From positions 25,913 through 89,912 of the forward strand of contig JAJZRL010000002.1 of assembly GCA_021802705.1 (NCBI GenBank): 64,000 nt of DNA. The letters are read 5' to 3'. Of the stretch, positions 1 through 9,172 are shown one piece after another. Both the position numbers and the translations under genes were made by a program. Numbering within the stretch: position 1 is the stretch's first letter; every line of letters starts with the position of its first letter. The DNA is from a bacterium (GTDB taxonomy: Bacteria; Patescibacteriota; Minisyncoccia; Phycocordibacterales; Phycocordibacteraceae). Under the pieces are notes generated by a model, which saw only the letters and a list, made by a program, of their open reading frames with translations, was not told the DNA's origin and did not search any database.

Positions 1-304
1 CGACGACGATCTTGTCCGGAGAGACCCCGTTGCCGCCGTAATAGATGAAGTAACCGGCCGCGCCGAGAGAGACGAGGAAGAACACGAATGCGGCGATGAA
101 GAATATTCCGGCGATATGGACGTGCCGCTCGCCACGATTCGACGGGTTTGGCACCGGATCGTCTTTCCAGGCATGCGGTAAGACCCGCGCTCCTGCAGCG
201 CCAAGCGGCGTCCGCGCGTCGCGCGAAACGGCGTCGGGCGCATAGAGCCGTTTGCGGGCGCGTTCAAGCGAGCTCGTATCGTCGTTTTGGTCGGGAGACG
301 GCAT
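1..304 (-). CDS. Hypothetical single-pass membrane protein, 5' part only (runs off the window)
   Basis: Hand translation from ATG at 304: MPSPDQNDDTSSLERARKRLY...HIAGIFFIAAFVFFLVSLGAAGYFIYYGG; TATACT -10-like box about 10 nt upstream. Confidence 0.7.
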   Translation of the reverse strand, partial: MPSPDQNDDTSSLERARKRLYAPDAVSRDARTPLGAAGARVLPHAWKDDPVPNPSNRGERHVHIAGIFFIAAFVFFLVSLGAAGYFIYYGGNGVSPDKIVV

Positions 305-329
305 ATCCGTATAAGTATACAACTTCCAA

Positions 330-896
330 CTAGAGTCCCGAAGCGAGGATACCTCGATTGATACGGGCAACGTACCCGGCACGTTCCCGTGCGATATCGG
401 CAAGGAGCGGACGGGTGAAATCAGAGGTTTTGCCAGGTATGCCTCCCGTATCGAGACCGAGGGTAGCGAGCAACCGGAGCACCGCGAGCACCTCAGCGGC
501 ATCATGGTCTTCTTCCGGCAATACCGCGAGCGCTTCGAAAAATCCTGCGAGTACCGGGAAAAGCTCGGGATCCTGAGCTTCGCCTGCAAACCGCAAAAAG
601 AGGCCGGACACGCGACCGGCCCGTTCGCGCGCCACGGGAGTGCGCATCCGCACGAACCAATTCTCAAAAGGAATCGCGCCCGCGAGCCTCCACCCCCCCT
701 TCCCGCGTACGAGAACGAATCCGCTTTCGACGAAAGTCGAAAGCGCGCCCGCGAGTTTCGCGCCAGAGAGGCGCGCGCCCTGCGCGCTCGCACGCACGAG
801 ACCGAGATCTTGTGTCATGAGCGTCATCAAGACGTTCGCTTCTCCGAAGAACGAACGCGCGAGCACGATCCCCCGCGTTTCGTACCTATGCCACAT
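330..896 (-). CDS. recO: DNA repair protein RecO (short form)
   Basis: MWHRYETRGIVLARSFFGEANVLMTLMTQDLGLVRASAQGAR matches the RecO N-terminal OB fold; start overlaps ileS stop. Confidence 0.85.
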   Translation of the reverse strand: MWHRYETRGIVLARSFFGEANVLMTLMTQDLGLVRASAQGARLSGAKLAGALSTFVESGFVLVRGKGGWRLAGAIPFENWFVRMRTPVARERAGRVSGLFLRFAGEAQDPELFPVLAGFFEALAVLPEEDHDAAEVLAVLRLLATLGLDTGGIPGKTSDFTRPLLADIARERAGYVARINRGILASGL

Positions 897-3800
897 CGCG
901 GACAAGATCGAAGCGGACGCGTCCTGTCGACAGCTCGACTTCATACGCGCCTTCGGTACGGATCTCGACGCGCACCGTATCCCTCGGCAGATAAGATTCG
1001 CTCTTGCGGGCTTCCGCAACGGCCCGTGCCATTTCGCGCTCGTCGCCTTCCTTGACGAGCTCGGGCGTGAGGTCGGTGTCGAGCTCGATAGATGCATGGC
1101 CGGTCGAAACATGTTTGACGTTCACTTCTTCCGCGAGAATCTGCGCGAGCTCCTTCTCGAGAAGGTCCGGTACGAGAAGCTTTGCAAGCGGTTGCCGCAC
1201 CCTGATGCCCGCTTTCTGGCGCAGCTGGAGCACATCGGAAGCGAGCGCCCGAACGCGCTCCATGCCGGAGAGGAGCGCGGCATCAGGCCACGCACGGATA
1301 AAGCGTCTCGTTTTCCCCGCAAAGGAATCGGACGGCCAATGGGCGAGGTGCACGCTTATCGTATCGTCCTCGTAGCGAACGCGATTGAAAACCTCTTCGG
1401 CGAGAAACGGCATGACCGGCGCGATAATCACCGAGAATTCGCGAAGCACGTGTCGGAGCGTCGCGAGCGCCCGCTCCTTATCCTTCTCATCGGAACCCTT
1501 GATCCTCTCGCGCGAACGACGGACATACCACGTCGAGAGATCTTCTATGAAGTCCCGCATGGGGCGCGTCCCGCGCGGGATATCGTACCGATCAAACGCG
1601 CTCGTTACGTCACGCACGAGCATGGAGAGGCGGAGCAGTATCCAACGGTCGAGCGGGTGTTCGCTCTCGATGGAAGGCGCGGCCGGCGGCCCCTCCTTCG
1701 CGAAAAGCGTGTAGAAAGAGAGGACGTTCCGCAGCATGTTCACCACCCGCGCATGCGCCTCGCGCACGTCTTCGTCGCGAAACACGAGATCTTCGGCCTG
1801 CATGATGACCGAAGACATGAGGTAGTAGCGGAACGCATCCGCTCCGTAGCGATCGAAGAGATAGAGAGGATCCGTATAATTCCCCTTGCTTTTGGAGATC
1901 TTCGCGCCATCGACAGCAAGCACGTTTCCGGTCGTCACGACATGACGGAAAGCGAGCCGGTCAAAAAGCTCGACGCTCATGGCATGGAGATAGTAAAACC
2001 ACGCCCGTGTCTGGCCGATATACTCCGCGACGAAATCGCCCGGCGAACGCTTCTCGAACTCACCCCGATTTTCAAAGGGATAATGGTATTCGGCAAAAGG
2101 CATCGCGCCGGATTCGACCCAGCAGTCGACGACTTCCGGAATACGTTTCAGCGCTTTCCCGTGTTCGTCCCTAAGCTCGAGCCGGTCAATGTATGGAAGA
2201 TGATAGTCGAGCTCGTAGTCGGCATTATGCGGCAAAGGAACGAAATCGAGCGCGAGCGTTTCTCCGGTCTTGAAATCTGATGTATGCACGATGTCCGCGA
2301 ACCCTTGCGTGTCGGCTCCGCGCGCGACGGCAAGGAGCGATTCGAGGCCTATCCCGTGCGTCACGATAAGCACGCGTTTCCCGCTCTCTGCCGCCTCGAT
2401 CTCATAGAGGAAGTCGCCGAACCGCCGTTTCGCTTCCTTGTAGCTTTCGCCGCCCGGCATAGCGTCAGTGAACGGCGACTCCTGAGCATCGCGATACGCG
2501 ACGAAATCCGCGAGCGGCTTCCCGGAGAGCGCCCCGAAATCAAGCTCTCGCAGCCGCTCGTCGAAGCGCAGGGCGGAATGCGGGATGCCGAGTATGGAAG
2601 CGACGACTTCGGCAGTCTCTTTCGTCCTCATGAACGGCGAAACGTAGATGATATCGATGCCCGTGTGCGAGAGCGTATGGGCGGCCTGGCGCACCTCCGC
2701 TTTCCCGCGCTCGGTGAGGTTATTGCTCAAGGGATCAGAGCTTACGATATTCTTGAGATTCTTTTCGCTCTCCCCGTGCCGCATCACGAAATACGTGTTT
2801 CCGCTTCTCTTCGTATGCGCTTTGAGCTCTTCGAGGGAGCCGATAATCGTCACGTTCCCTTCCTGGTCCTTCCATATGGGAAGCGGGCTCGCCCAGAAAC
2901 GATTGCGAGAAATCGTCCAATCCGGCGCGCTCTCGATAATATGCCGGAAACGGCCTTCTTTCAGGTGCTTCGGTATCCAGTCGATCTTTTCGTTTTCAGC
3001 AAGCATGCGCTTTTTAACCGACTGGATATCGATAAACCAGCTTGCGACGGCGTTATAGATGAGCGGCGTGCCGCAACGATAACAGTGCGGGTACGAGTGC
3101 GTGTGCGGCGCCTTGGCGAAAAACAGTCCGCGATCCTCAAGATCCTCTATGATCTTCGCGTTCGCCTTCCTGAGATATTCCCCGCGCAAAAACTCTGGAA
3201 CGTCGTCAGTGTAGGTACCGTTCGGATTCAAGAGCTGCACCATCGGCAGACCGTGCTTTTTGCCGAGATTAAAGTCGTCCTCGCCATACATCGGCGCGAT
3301 GTGCACGATGCCGGTGCCGTCTTCCGTCGTAACGAAATCGCCGGAACAGACGCTCCAGGTCCTATCATTTCTTTGCGCGATAATCGCGTCTATCCGATAC
3401 GGGGGTTCGTACTGCACGAATCCTCCTTTCGCATCCGTATGCGCCAACTCGCTTCCTTCGAAGGTCCGCTGCGGATCTTTCAATCCATAATCCGCCGCTC
3501 TCGCCTCGGCGAGGATGAGCGTCTCGCCGTCGTGCGCGTATGCGCCATAGCGGACTTCCGGATTGACCGCGAGCGCGACGTTACCCGGCAGCGTCCACGG
3601 CGTCGTCGTCCATGCGAGGAAATAAACGTCTCCCGCAAGCCCGAGGTTTCCGGGATCCGCCATCCTGAACTTGACCGTTACCGCCTCCTCGTCGATGTTT
3701 TTATACGTATTATCCATCGCGATCTCGGCCTTCGCCAAGGGCGTCTCGCAATGCGGGCAGTACATGAGCACCTTCCGTCCTTCATAGAGCCGGCCTTTCT

Positions 3801-4305
3801 TGTGGATCTCCTTCAGAGCCCACCACACGCTCTCGATGAAAGAGTTGTCCATCGTCTTGTACGAATTGTCGAAATCGACCCAGCGCCCGATACGTTCGAT
3901 ATACCGTTTCCAATCACGCACGTATGCGAGAACCATCTCCCGCGCGGTCTCGTTGAACTTTTCAATGCCAAGCGCAAGGATGTCCTTCTTGTTTTTGAGC
4001 CCGAGCGTTTTCTCGACTATCGACTCGATAGGAAGCCCGTGCGTATCCCACCCCCACCGACGACGGACGCGATACCCGCGCATCGTCTTATACCGCGGAA
4101 TGACATCCTTCGATATGGAAGAGAGCAGCGAGCCGGTATGCGGCAATCCGGTGGCGAACGGCGGGCCGTCGTAAAAGACGAATTCGCCTTTCGGTGCCTT
4201 CTTTTGGAGCGATTTTTCGAAAATATCGTTCTTTTTCCAAAAAAGGAGCGTTTCCTCCTCCTTCATTGCGACCTCCGACTTCGGTTCAGGACCATCCTTG
4301 CTCAT
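886..4305 (-). CDS. ileS: Isoleucyl-tRNA synthetase (type 2) with inserted histidine phosphatase domain
   Basis: FYDGPPFATGLPHTGS, GWDTHGLPIE, WTTTPWTLP, DWTISRNRFW, EYIGQTRAWFY, KISKS; RHGE...HG insert at ~2240-2810. Confidence 0.95.
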   Translation of the reverse strand: MSKDGPEPKSEVAMKEEETLLFWKKNDIFEKSLQKKAPKGEFVFYDGPPFATGLPHTGSLLSSISKDVIPRYKTMRGYRVRRRWGWDTHGLPIESIVEKTLGLKNKKDILALGIEKFNETAREMVLAYVRDWKRYIERIGRWVDFDNSYKTMDNSFIESVWWALKEIHKKGRLYEGRKVLMYCPHCETPLAKAEIAMDNTYKNIDEEAVTVKFRMADPGNLGLAGDVYFLAWTTTPWTLPGNVALAVNPEVRYGAYAHDGETLILAEARAADYGLKDPQRTFEGSELAHTDAKGGFVQYEPPYRIDAIIAQRNDRTWSVCSGDFVTTEDGTGIVHIAPMYGEDDFNLGKKHGLPMVQLLNPNGTYTDDVPEFLRGEYLRKANAKIIEDLEDRGLFFAKAPHTHSYPHCYRCGTPLIYNAVASWFIDIQSVKKRMLAENEKIDWIPKHLKEGRFRHIIESAPDWTISRNRFWASPLPIWKDQEGNVTIIGSLEELKAHTKRSGNTYFVMRHGESEKNLKNIVSSDPLSNNLTERGKAEVRQAAHTLSHTGIDIIYVSPFMRTKETAEVVASILGIPHSALRFDERLRELDFGALSGKPLADFVAYRDAQESPFTDAMPGGESYKEAKRRFGDFLYEIEAAESGKRVLIVTHGIGLESLLAVARGADTQGFADIVHTSDFKTGETLALDFVPLPHNADYELDYHLPYIDRLELRDEHGKALKRIPEVVDCWVESGAMPFAEYHYPFENRGEFEKRSPGDFVAEYIGQTRAWFYYLHAMSVELFDRLAFRHVVTTGNVLAVDGAKISKSKGNYTDPLYLFDRYGADAFRYYLMSSVIMQAEDLVFRDEDVREAHARVVNMLRNVLSFYTLFAKEGPPAAPSIESEHPLDRWILLRLSMLVRDVTSAFDRYDIPRGTRPMRDFIEDLSTWYVRRSRERIKGSDEKDKERALATLRHVLREFSVIIAPVMPFLAEEVFNRVRYEDDTISVHLAHWPSDSFAGKTRRFIRAWPDAALLSGMERVRALASDVLQLRQKAGIRVRQPLAKLLVPDLLEKELAQILAEEVNVKHVSTGHASIELDTDLTPELVKEGDEREMARAVAEARKSESYLPRDTVRVEIRTEGAYEVELSTGRVRFDLVRDVA

Positions 4306-4342
4306 CTTCGACAGTGTACCGCTTTCTCACATCTAAATAAAG

Positions 4343-4378
4343 AAAAACGGCTACAGGAATGTAATGTCCTGTAGCCGT
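4343..4378 (-). terminator. Intrinsic terminator of the orphan gene at 4391-4765
   Basis: 12-bp stem acggctacagga/tcctgtagccgt with T-run on the minus strand. Confidence 0.7.
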
Positions 4379-4390
4379 GTGTTCATTTGA

Positions 4391-4765
4391 TCACGCCCTC
4401 ATCGCCAAAGACGGTCGTAAGGGTCGGGCGTATTTCTTCTCGTGCTCCTTGCGAGAACGAGGGGCGCCGGATGTCATGACTCCTTCAGCGTACGCGATGA
4501 CATAACGAGGGATGCGATATCTCGGGTCGGCAACAACGCCTTGCATCTTGAAAAGGAGGAACCTTTTCACGTCGGCCTTGATGGCTTCCATGAACGCTTC
4601 CGCATCATCTCCGAAGAGCAGTTTTGCGTTTCGCGCCCTTCGCTTCTCGTTCTCTGCCAGCGCCGCGTATGCGAAAAACCTCTCGATCGAGCAGCCGCAC
4701 TTCCTCGCCGCCTCGCTCACGCAACGAACGGAACTGCATCCGTTCGATTTTTTCTTTGAAGACAT
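4391..4765 (-). CDS. Hypothetical basic protein (orphan)
   Basis: ORF MSSKKKSNGC... with GGAGG SD, own promoter and terminator. Confidence 0.65.
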   Translation of the reverse strand: MSSKKKSNGCSSVRCVSEAARKCGCSIERFFAYAALAENEKRRARNAKLLFGDDAEAFMEAIKADVKRFLLFKMQGVVADPRYRIPRYVIAYAEGVMTSGAPRSRKEHEKKYARPLRPSLAMRA

Positions 4766-4813
4766 AACGCCCTCCAAACGGTCGTGCTGCGCGGGATTGC
4801 GCAGCTACGCGCG

Positions 4814-4842
4814 AATATAACGCATCGGAAGCGGAAGCGCAA
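4814..4842 (-). promoter_or_regulatory. Sigma70-like promoter
   Basis: TTGCGC-17nt-TATATT on the minus strand. Confidence 0.6.
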
Positions 4843-6501
4843 TCACATCGTTTTCGGGGTGGGGATACCGAGAAGCGCGAGACCGTTTGTCATCGTGTTG
4901 GCGAATGCGCGGACAAGCATGAGCTTATGCGCCTCATGGTCGCCGCCCACGATACGCTCTTTCGCATAAAAAGCGTTCCACTCCCCCGCCGCTTCGATGA
5001 TGTAGTTCGCAAGCAGGTTCGGTGCAAACTCGCGCGCGGCCCGCGCGGCGACTTCCGGAAAATGCAGAAGGACGCGTTCAAGGAGATACGGTTCACGCGA
5101 AGGATCGGCCGGTATCGCGCTTTTCGCGCTTTCCGGCGCGCGTGCGAGCACCGAACGGGCGCGCACGAGCGCATATTGCAGGTAAGGTCCGGAATCGCCC
5201 TCGAGCGAAAGCGACCTTTCCGGATCGAAAACGATATCTTGTCCGGGCGCTTGCCGCAGGATCATGTACTTTATGGCGCCGATGGCTACTTGCTCGGCAA
5301 CGAGCGGATCGGGGTTCTTTTCGCCCGCTCTCGCGATAACGCTGCGGATGAAGTCTTCGGCGGCGATGATATTGCCTTCGCGCGAACTCATCTTGCCGGA
5401 CGTAAGCTTCAGGAATCCGTTTGCGACATGCTTCGTCTTCGCGGCGACAAGCGGGGCGCTGTCGCGAAGCGCCGCGAGCACCGTCTTAAACCGGCCTGTC
5501 TGCTCGCTGCCGGAGACGATGATGCTCGCGTCTGAAGCCCACCGCTCTTCTTTGAGGAACGCGAGGCCGATGTCTTTCGCTTCGTAGGTAGGCGTCCCAT
5601 GCGAGGTGATGAATACCATCGTGTCTACGCCTTTCGCTTCGCCATCATAGATGACGGCGCCATCGCTCTCTTTGAACACACCCTTCGCGAGGCCGTCGCG
5701 TACGACACGCATGCCGATCTCGACCGTATCGCTGTCAAAGAATTCGAAATCGAAGCGGGTACCGAGCACGCGCCAGATGCGCCGGAACTCTTCGGTCGAC
5801 ACATCGCGCCCGCGGCGCCAAAGCTCCGCAAGAGCGCCATCTGAACCGGCATAGAGGGCTTGATTGAGTGAGTCTATCTCTTCTTTCGCGCGCGGATCGC
5901 TCTCGTATGCGGTTGAACCTTCGATATAAGCAGTACCGATTTGCTGTGCCGAAACCGGCTCCGCAATACCCTTCTTACGGAGTCCCCAGAGCGCTTTCGC
6001 GACGTTAGGGCCGATATCGCCTCCGAAAGTCGCGCGCGCAACGGTCGCGCCACAATTTTCGATAAGCCGCGACAGCGCTTCGCCGATGATCGTCCCGACG
6101 AGGTGTCCGATATGCATTTCCTTGAAGGCGTTCGGATTCGAATACTCTATGAAAACGCGCTTGCCTTTTTCGGCAGTATTCCTCCCCCACGTTTCGCCCT
6201 GTGCATCCGCTTCGGCGACAGCGAGCGTCACGGCATTGCGGGAAAGCGTGATATTCACGAAACCGGGACCTGCCGCTTCGATCTTCGCGGCCGCAGCGCC
6301 GAGCGCGCTCGCAAGGGAGCGCGCGAGCTCGTCCGCGAGCTCGCGCGGACTCCTGCCGATCTGCTTTGCCGAGACGAGCGCCGCGTTGGTCGCATAGTCG
6401 CCGTACGCGGCGTCGCCCGGCCGCTCGACGGTAAACGCGACGCCTTCTGCGCCGAGCTTCGCAAGCGCGCTTCCTACCGCTTCTCGTATGTTGCCTTCCA
6501 T
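4843..6501 (-). CDS. argS: Arginyl-tRNA synthetase
   Basis: GDYATN, IEYSNPNAFKEMHIGH, KMSSREG, GDSGPYLQYA; start MEGNIRE chosen from the upstream TGnTACACT box. Confidence 0.95.
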   Translation of the reverse strand: MEGNIREAVGSALAKLGAEGVAFTVERPGDAAYGDYATNAALVSAKQIGRSPRELADELARSLASALGAAAAKIEAAGPGFVNITLSRNAVTLAVAEADAQGETWGRNTAEKGKRVFIEYSNPNAFKEMHIGHLVGTIIGEALSRLIENCGATVARATFGGDIGPNVAKALWGLRKKGIAEPVSAQQIGTAYIEGSTAYESDPRAKEEIDSLNQALYAGSDGALAELWRRGRDVSTEEFRRIWRVLGTRFDFEFFDSDTVEIGMRVVRDGLAKGVFKESDGAVIYDGEAKGVDTMVFITSHGTPTYEAKDIGLAFLKEERWASDASIIVSGSEQTGRFKTVLAALRDSAPLVAAKTKHVANGFLKLTSGKMSSREGNIIAAEDFIRSVIARAGEKNPDPLVAEQVAIGAIKYMILRQAPGQDIVFDPERSLSLEGDSGPYLQYALVRARSVLARAPESAKSAIPADPSREPYLLERVLLHFPEVAARAAREFAPNLLANYIIEAAGEWNAFYAKERIVGGDHEAHKLMLVRAFANTMTNGLALLGIPTPKTM

Positions 6502-6565
6502 ACCGACGAGTGTAGCAGAAATAAGAAAAAGCCGGCGCGCAAAAGCGCGCCGGACTATGGCACCG

Positions 6566-6901
6566 TCATCTCGAATGCGCAGCGTGATGCACACTTGCTT
6601 CGCATCGAGGAGACGGGGCTGGAACGTCGTTGTGTATCGGGCATTCGTTGCTTATGAGCGCGACTCCGTTTTCTGGTTCCGGACACTGGCAGTCGCACGT
6701 TCGCGTACAGGTGCATTCGTCGGATTTCTCCTTGTTGTCGATCGCTTCGAGAACGACACATGGATACATCCTTCCGTCCGCCCCTTCGTCGTAAGTAACT
6801 CTTGCATTTATCTCAATAGCGAGACGGCCGTTTTCGTATATCAATGCCTTCGCGGGTTTGCTAGACGTTGCCGCTTCTTGCTGAATCTTGACTTCCAGCA
6901 T
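6566..6901 (-). CDS. Small Cys/His-rich hypothetical protein
   Basis: AAGGAG SD; C-terminal ECTCTRTCDCQC...CPIHN...C..VHH. Confidence 0.6.
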   Translation of the reverse strand: MLEVKIQQEAATSSKPAKALIYENGRLAIEINARVTYDEGADGRMYPCVVLEAIDNKEKSDECTCTRTCDCQCPEPENGVALISNECPIHNDVPAPSPRCEASVHHAAHSR

Positions 6902-6963
6902 GACTGGACTCCTTTTGAAGTTGATCCGAGGCCATCCTACACCAAACCGAACGAATAAAGAAG

Positions 6964-6996
6964 CAGCCCCGCAGCGGCATAGCCGCTGCGGGGCTG
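6964..6996. terminator. GC-rich hairpin downstream of dcd
   Basis: 15-bp perfect stem cagccccgcagcggc/gccgctgcggggctg. Confidence 0.7.
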
Positions 6997-7004
6997 AAGA
7001 TGAG

Positions 7005-8093
7005 TTAGGTTTTCTTGAAGTGCTTCGAAAGCCGTGCGGCGCGCTGGTCGGTGTAGTTCGACGCAGCCATATCATACAGGGTCTCGGGCACCTCTTTCAT
7101 ATACTCATACCGGATACGCGCGATTGCTTGGCCATCTCGTACGAGCATGTCCTCCTGCGGGATGACCTCGAGCGTAATGGGCCGCCCGCACGCTTTTCCG
7201 TCTGAACCGTATCCCCAACCCGGATCGATATATCCGGCGGCATGCGAGCGATACTCGCCAAGCCGCGGATCTATGGCGCGTAGTTCCGCCGAAAGATTCG
7301 GCGGAACCATGATGTGCTCCGGCGTCGTGAGTATGTAGAAGCTGCCTTTCCGCAAGATATGCTTCCTGTCGGAAATCCGTATCGGCTTGAAGAAGTCCTC
7401 CAGATCGTAGAAGTTGCACTTATCCAGATCAAGCACCTTGCGCGTTCCGCGACATTCCCACCCCATCATCTCGCCCACGCGGAGCGTAAGCAGAAACGAA
7501 TCGGCATGCCGTCTCATCTCGCCGAAAGAGAGTTTCCTCCCCTTCTCGTCGAAGATGAGACCGTGTCGCCCTATCGCAAGTTCGGTGTGCAAGTCGTCAA
7601 GGAATGATTTTCCGTCGAAGAGCCGCATCTGCGACACGGCGAGGCCGGGATGGACGAGGACCGGGAAATAATCCGGCCGCGCGAGCACCCACATCTCTCC
7701 CGACCATCCCGGACCTATCAGAGCATCATACATATCAACATCGTCCGCGACCGTACGGCAGAAGAAACCGTTCCTGCCGGTCGAAGACTTCGGATTCGCA
7801 TAGCCGTAGATCATACTCGGGAGCCTCCATTCCCCCGCGATACGGATGAGATACGGCACCCCGACTTCAAGCGGATTGCTAAAGTTGTGCGGCGTTGCGC
7901 CGACAAGCGGCAAGAGATCGCGTACCTTCTCACCGCGAAGCGGCAGGAAGATGCTTTCGAGCCGGTAGGCTTCATCCGCAAGCGGCAGGTCGATCGACGC
8001 CGGGTTAAGGTAGCGCTCGTCGACGCCGATAATGCAGCCTGTTGCGCACAGTTCCCGAAGCATCTGCTTCGGCAAAACGCCTGTTCTCGACAT
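7005..8093 (-). CDS. dcd: 2'-deoxycytidine 5'-triphosphate deaminase (long, two-domain DCD form)
   Basis: NPASIDL, ANPKSSTGR, GEYRSHAAGYIDPGWG, TLEV; duplicated dUTPase-like fold; AAGGAG SD. Confidence 0.85.
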   Translation of the reverse strand: MSRTGVLPKQMLRELCATGCIIGVDERYLNPASIDLPLADEAYRLESIFLPLRGEKVRDLLPLVGATPHNFSNPLEVGVPYLIRIAGEWRLPSMIYGYANPKSSTGRNGFFCRTVADDVDMYDALIGPGWSGEMWVLARPDYFPVLVHPGLAVSQMRLFDGKSFLDDLHTELAIGRHGLIFDEKGRKLSFGEMRRHADSFLLTLRVGEMMGWECRGTRKVLDLDKCNFYDLEDFFKPIRISDRKHILRKGSFYILTTPEHIMVPPNLSAELRAIDPRLGEYRSHAAGYIDPGWGYGSDGKACGRPITLEVIPQEDMLVRDGQAIARIRYEYMKEVPETLYDMAASNYTDQRAARLSKHFKKT

Positions 8094-8131
8094 GGTGCTT
8101 CTCCTTCTGTTGGTTGGTACAATCTGCCGGA

Positions 8132-8160
8132 ACTCTACGCGCGCCGAGGATGAAAAGCAA
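8132..8160 (-). promoter_or_regulatory. Sigma70-like promoter of dcd
   Basis: TTGCTT-17nt-TAGAGT. Confidence 0.6.
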
Positions 8161-8167
8161 ATCAGGG

Positions 8168-8198
8168 AAAAAAGAAAGCGGCAGCCGAAGCTTCCGCT
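8168..8198 (-). terminator. Intrinsic terminator of thyX
   Basis: agcggcagc-cgaa-gcttccgct hairpin followed by a T-run on the minus strand. Confidence 0.65.
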
Positions 8199-8217
8199 AA
8201 AGTACTCTGCTGGAAAG

Positions 8218-9042
8218 TCAGACTTTCCAGTATTCCGGAACGAATGCTCCGTCCACTTCCTTGAAGTCCCCGAAGAGCTCGGGTACTTCAGCCAGCATGA
8301 TTTTCCCGATCTTTTTAAAAACGTGAATGATTTCTTCTTCGGCTCCCGTATCGGTGCGAAGCGCTATCACGTGCCGAAGCGCCCGCAGATTGAGCGACCA
8401 GACACCGCCGGTGGCTATGCCCATGCCGATACCACGCCGGAATGCCGATGTAAGCACTTTCTTCGCGTGGAACGTGCTTCCCGGTGACAGCTCGTCTTTC
8501 CAGATCGAAGCGAAAGCTACCATCATGGTCTCCTGGCTCTCGAATTGTGCCAGGAGTACTTCGCGGCTGTCCCGTTTCTTTTTGGCTATTTCAGGCGTGT
8601 CAGTGTCGTCCTCACGAAAACATTCCGGCATCCAGAACTTGATATCGGTATAGCGGATGTACCGCATACTCCGTTCCGAGATGCCGACACCCGCACGATG
8701 ACGATTCATCTCGCCCGTGAAGACGCGTGAGCATCCGTTTATGCCGAAGGTGAAGACCGCGTGCTCCATGACCGAGCCGTGCCGTTGCTTGAGGACGTTG
8801 TCGAGGTACTCGACCATATCCTTACGGACCTTGTTGACGTTCGGATTGAGGCCCGGCTGGAATGCCATATAACACTGCTTCGCTGCAAGCGCGACAAGCA
8901 GAGCAGGATCAGAAACCGACTCTTTCGAGGGGATCTCGAACTCGTCAGCACCCATTTCGTCGAGCCATTCGCGAACTGCCCCGCGGTCGACTTGTGTACG
9001 TGCAAGAACACGCACGGTGATTTCGTTGAAGGACTCCGCCAT
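8218..9042 (-). CDS. thyX: FAD-dependent thymidylate synthase
   Basis: HGSVMEH, RHRAGVGISERSMRY (ThyX motif), NLRALRH, AEEEI; AGGAG SD. Confidence 0.92.
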   Translation of the reverse strand: MAESFNEITVRVLARTQVDRGAVREWLDEMGADEFEIPSKESVSDPALLVALAAKQCYMAFQPGLNPNVNKVRKDMVEYLDNVLKQRHGSVMEHAVFTFGINGCSRVFTGEMNRHRAGVGISERSMRYIRYTDIKFWMPECFREDDTDTPEIAKKKRDSREVLLAQFESQETMMVAFASIWKDELSPGSTFHAKKVLTSAFRRGIGMGIATGGVWSLNLRALRHVIALRTDTGAEEEIIHVFKKIGKIMLAEVPELFGDFKEVDGAFVPEYWKV

Positions 9043-9094
9043 GATGGCTCTCCTGTGAAAGTTGAAAGGTTTGGACGAACAACAATCCGTTCGG

Positions 9095-9123
9095 ACTATA
9101 TGCGCGGAAAAGGTAAAAAGCAA
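9095..9123 (-). promoter_or_regulatory. Sigma70-like promoter of thyX
   Basis: TTGCTT-17nt-TATAGT. Confidence 0.65.
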
Positions 9124-9153
9124 CCGCCGCGGAAGCGAAGCTTCCGCGGCGGT
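9123..9153 (-). terminator. Terminator of secE-nusG-rplK
   Basis: 14-bp stem accgccgcggaagc/gcttccgcggcggt then TGCTTTTT on the minus strand. Confidence 0.7.
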
Positions 9154-9172
9154 CCAAAATCAAACAAGCGCC

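Noticed and set aside
640-4374. Long + strand ORFs (546 aa and 696 aa) opposite ileS
   Set aside because: Antisense shadows of a GC-rich gene with biased codon usage; Arg-rich, no motifs. The same applies to most overlapping ORFs in the track, e.g. 55802-56839, 25171-26211, 15677-16687.
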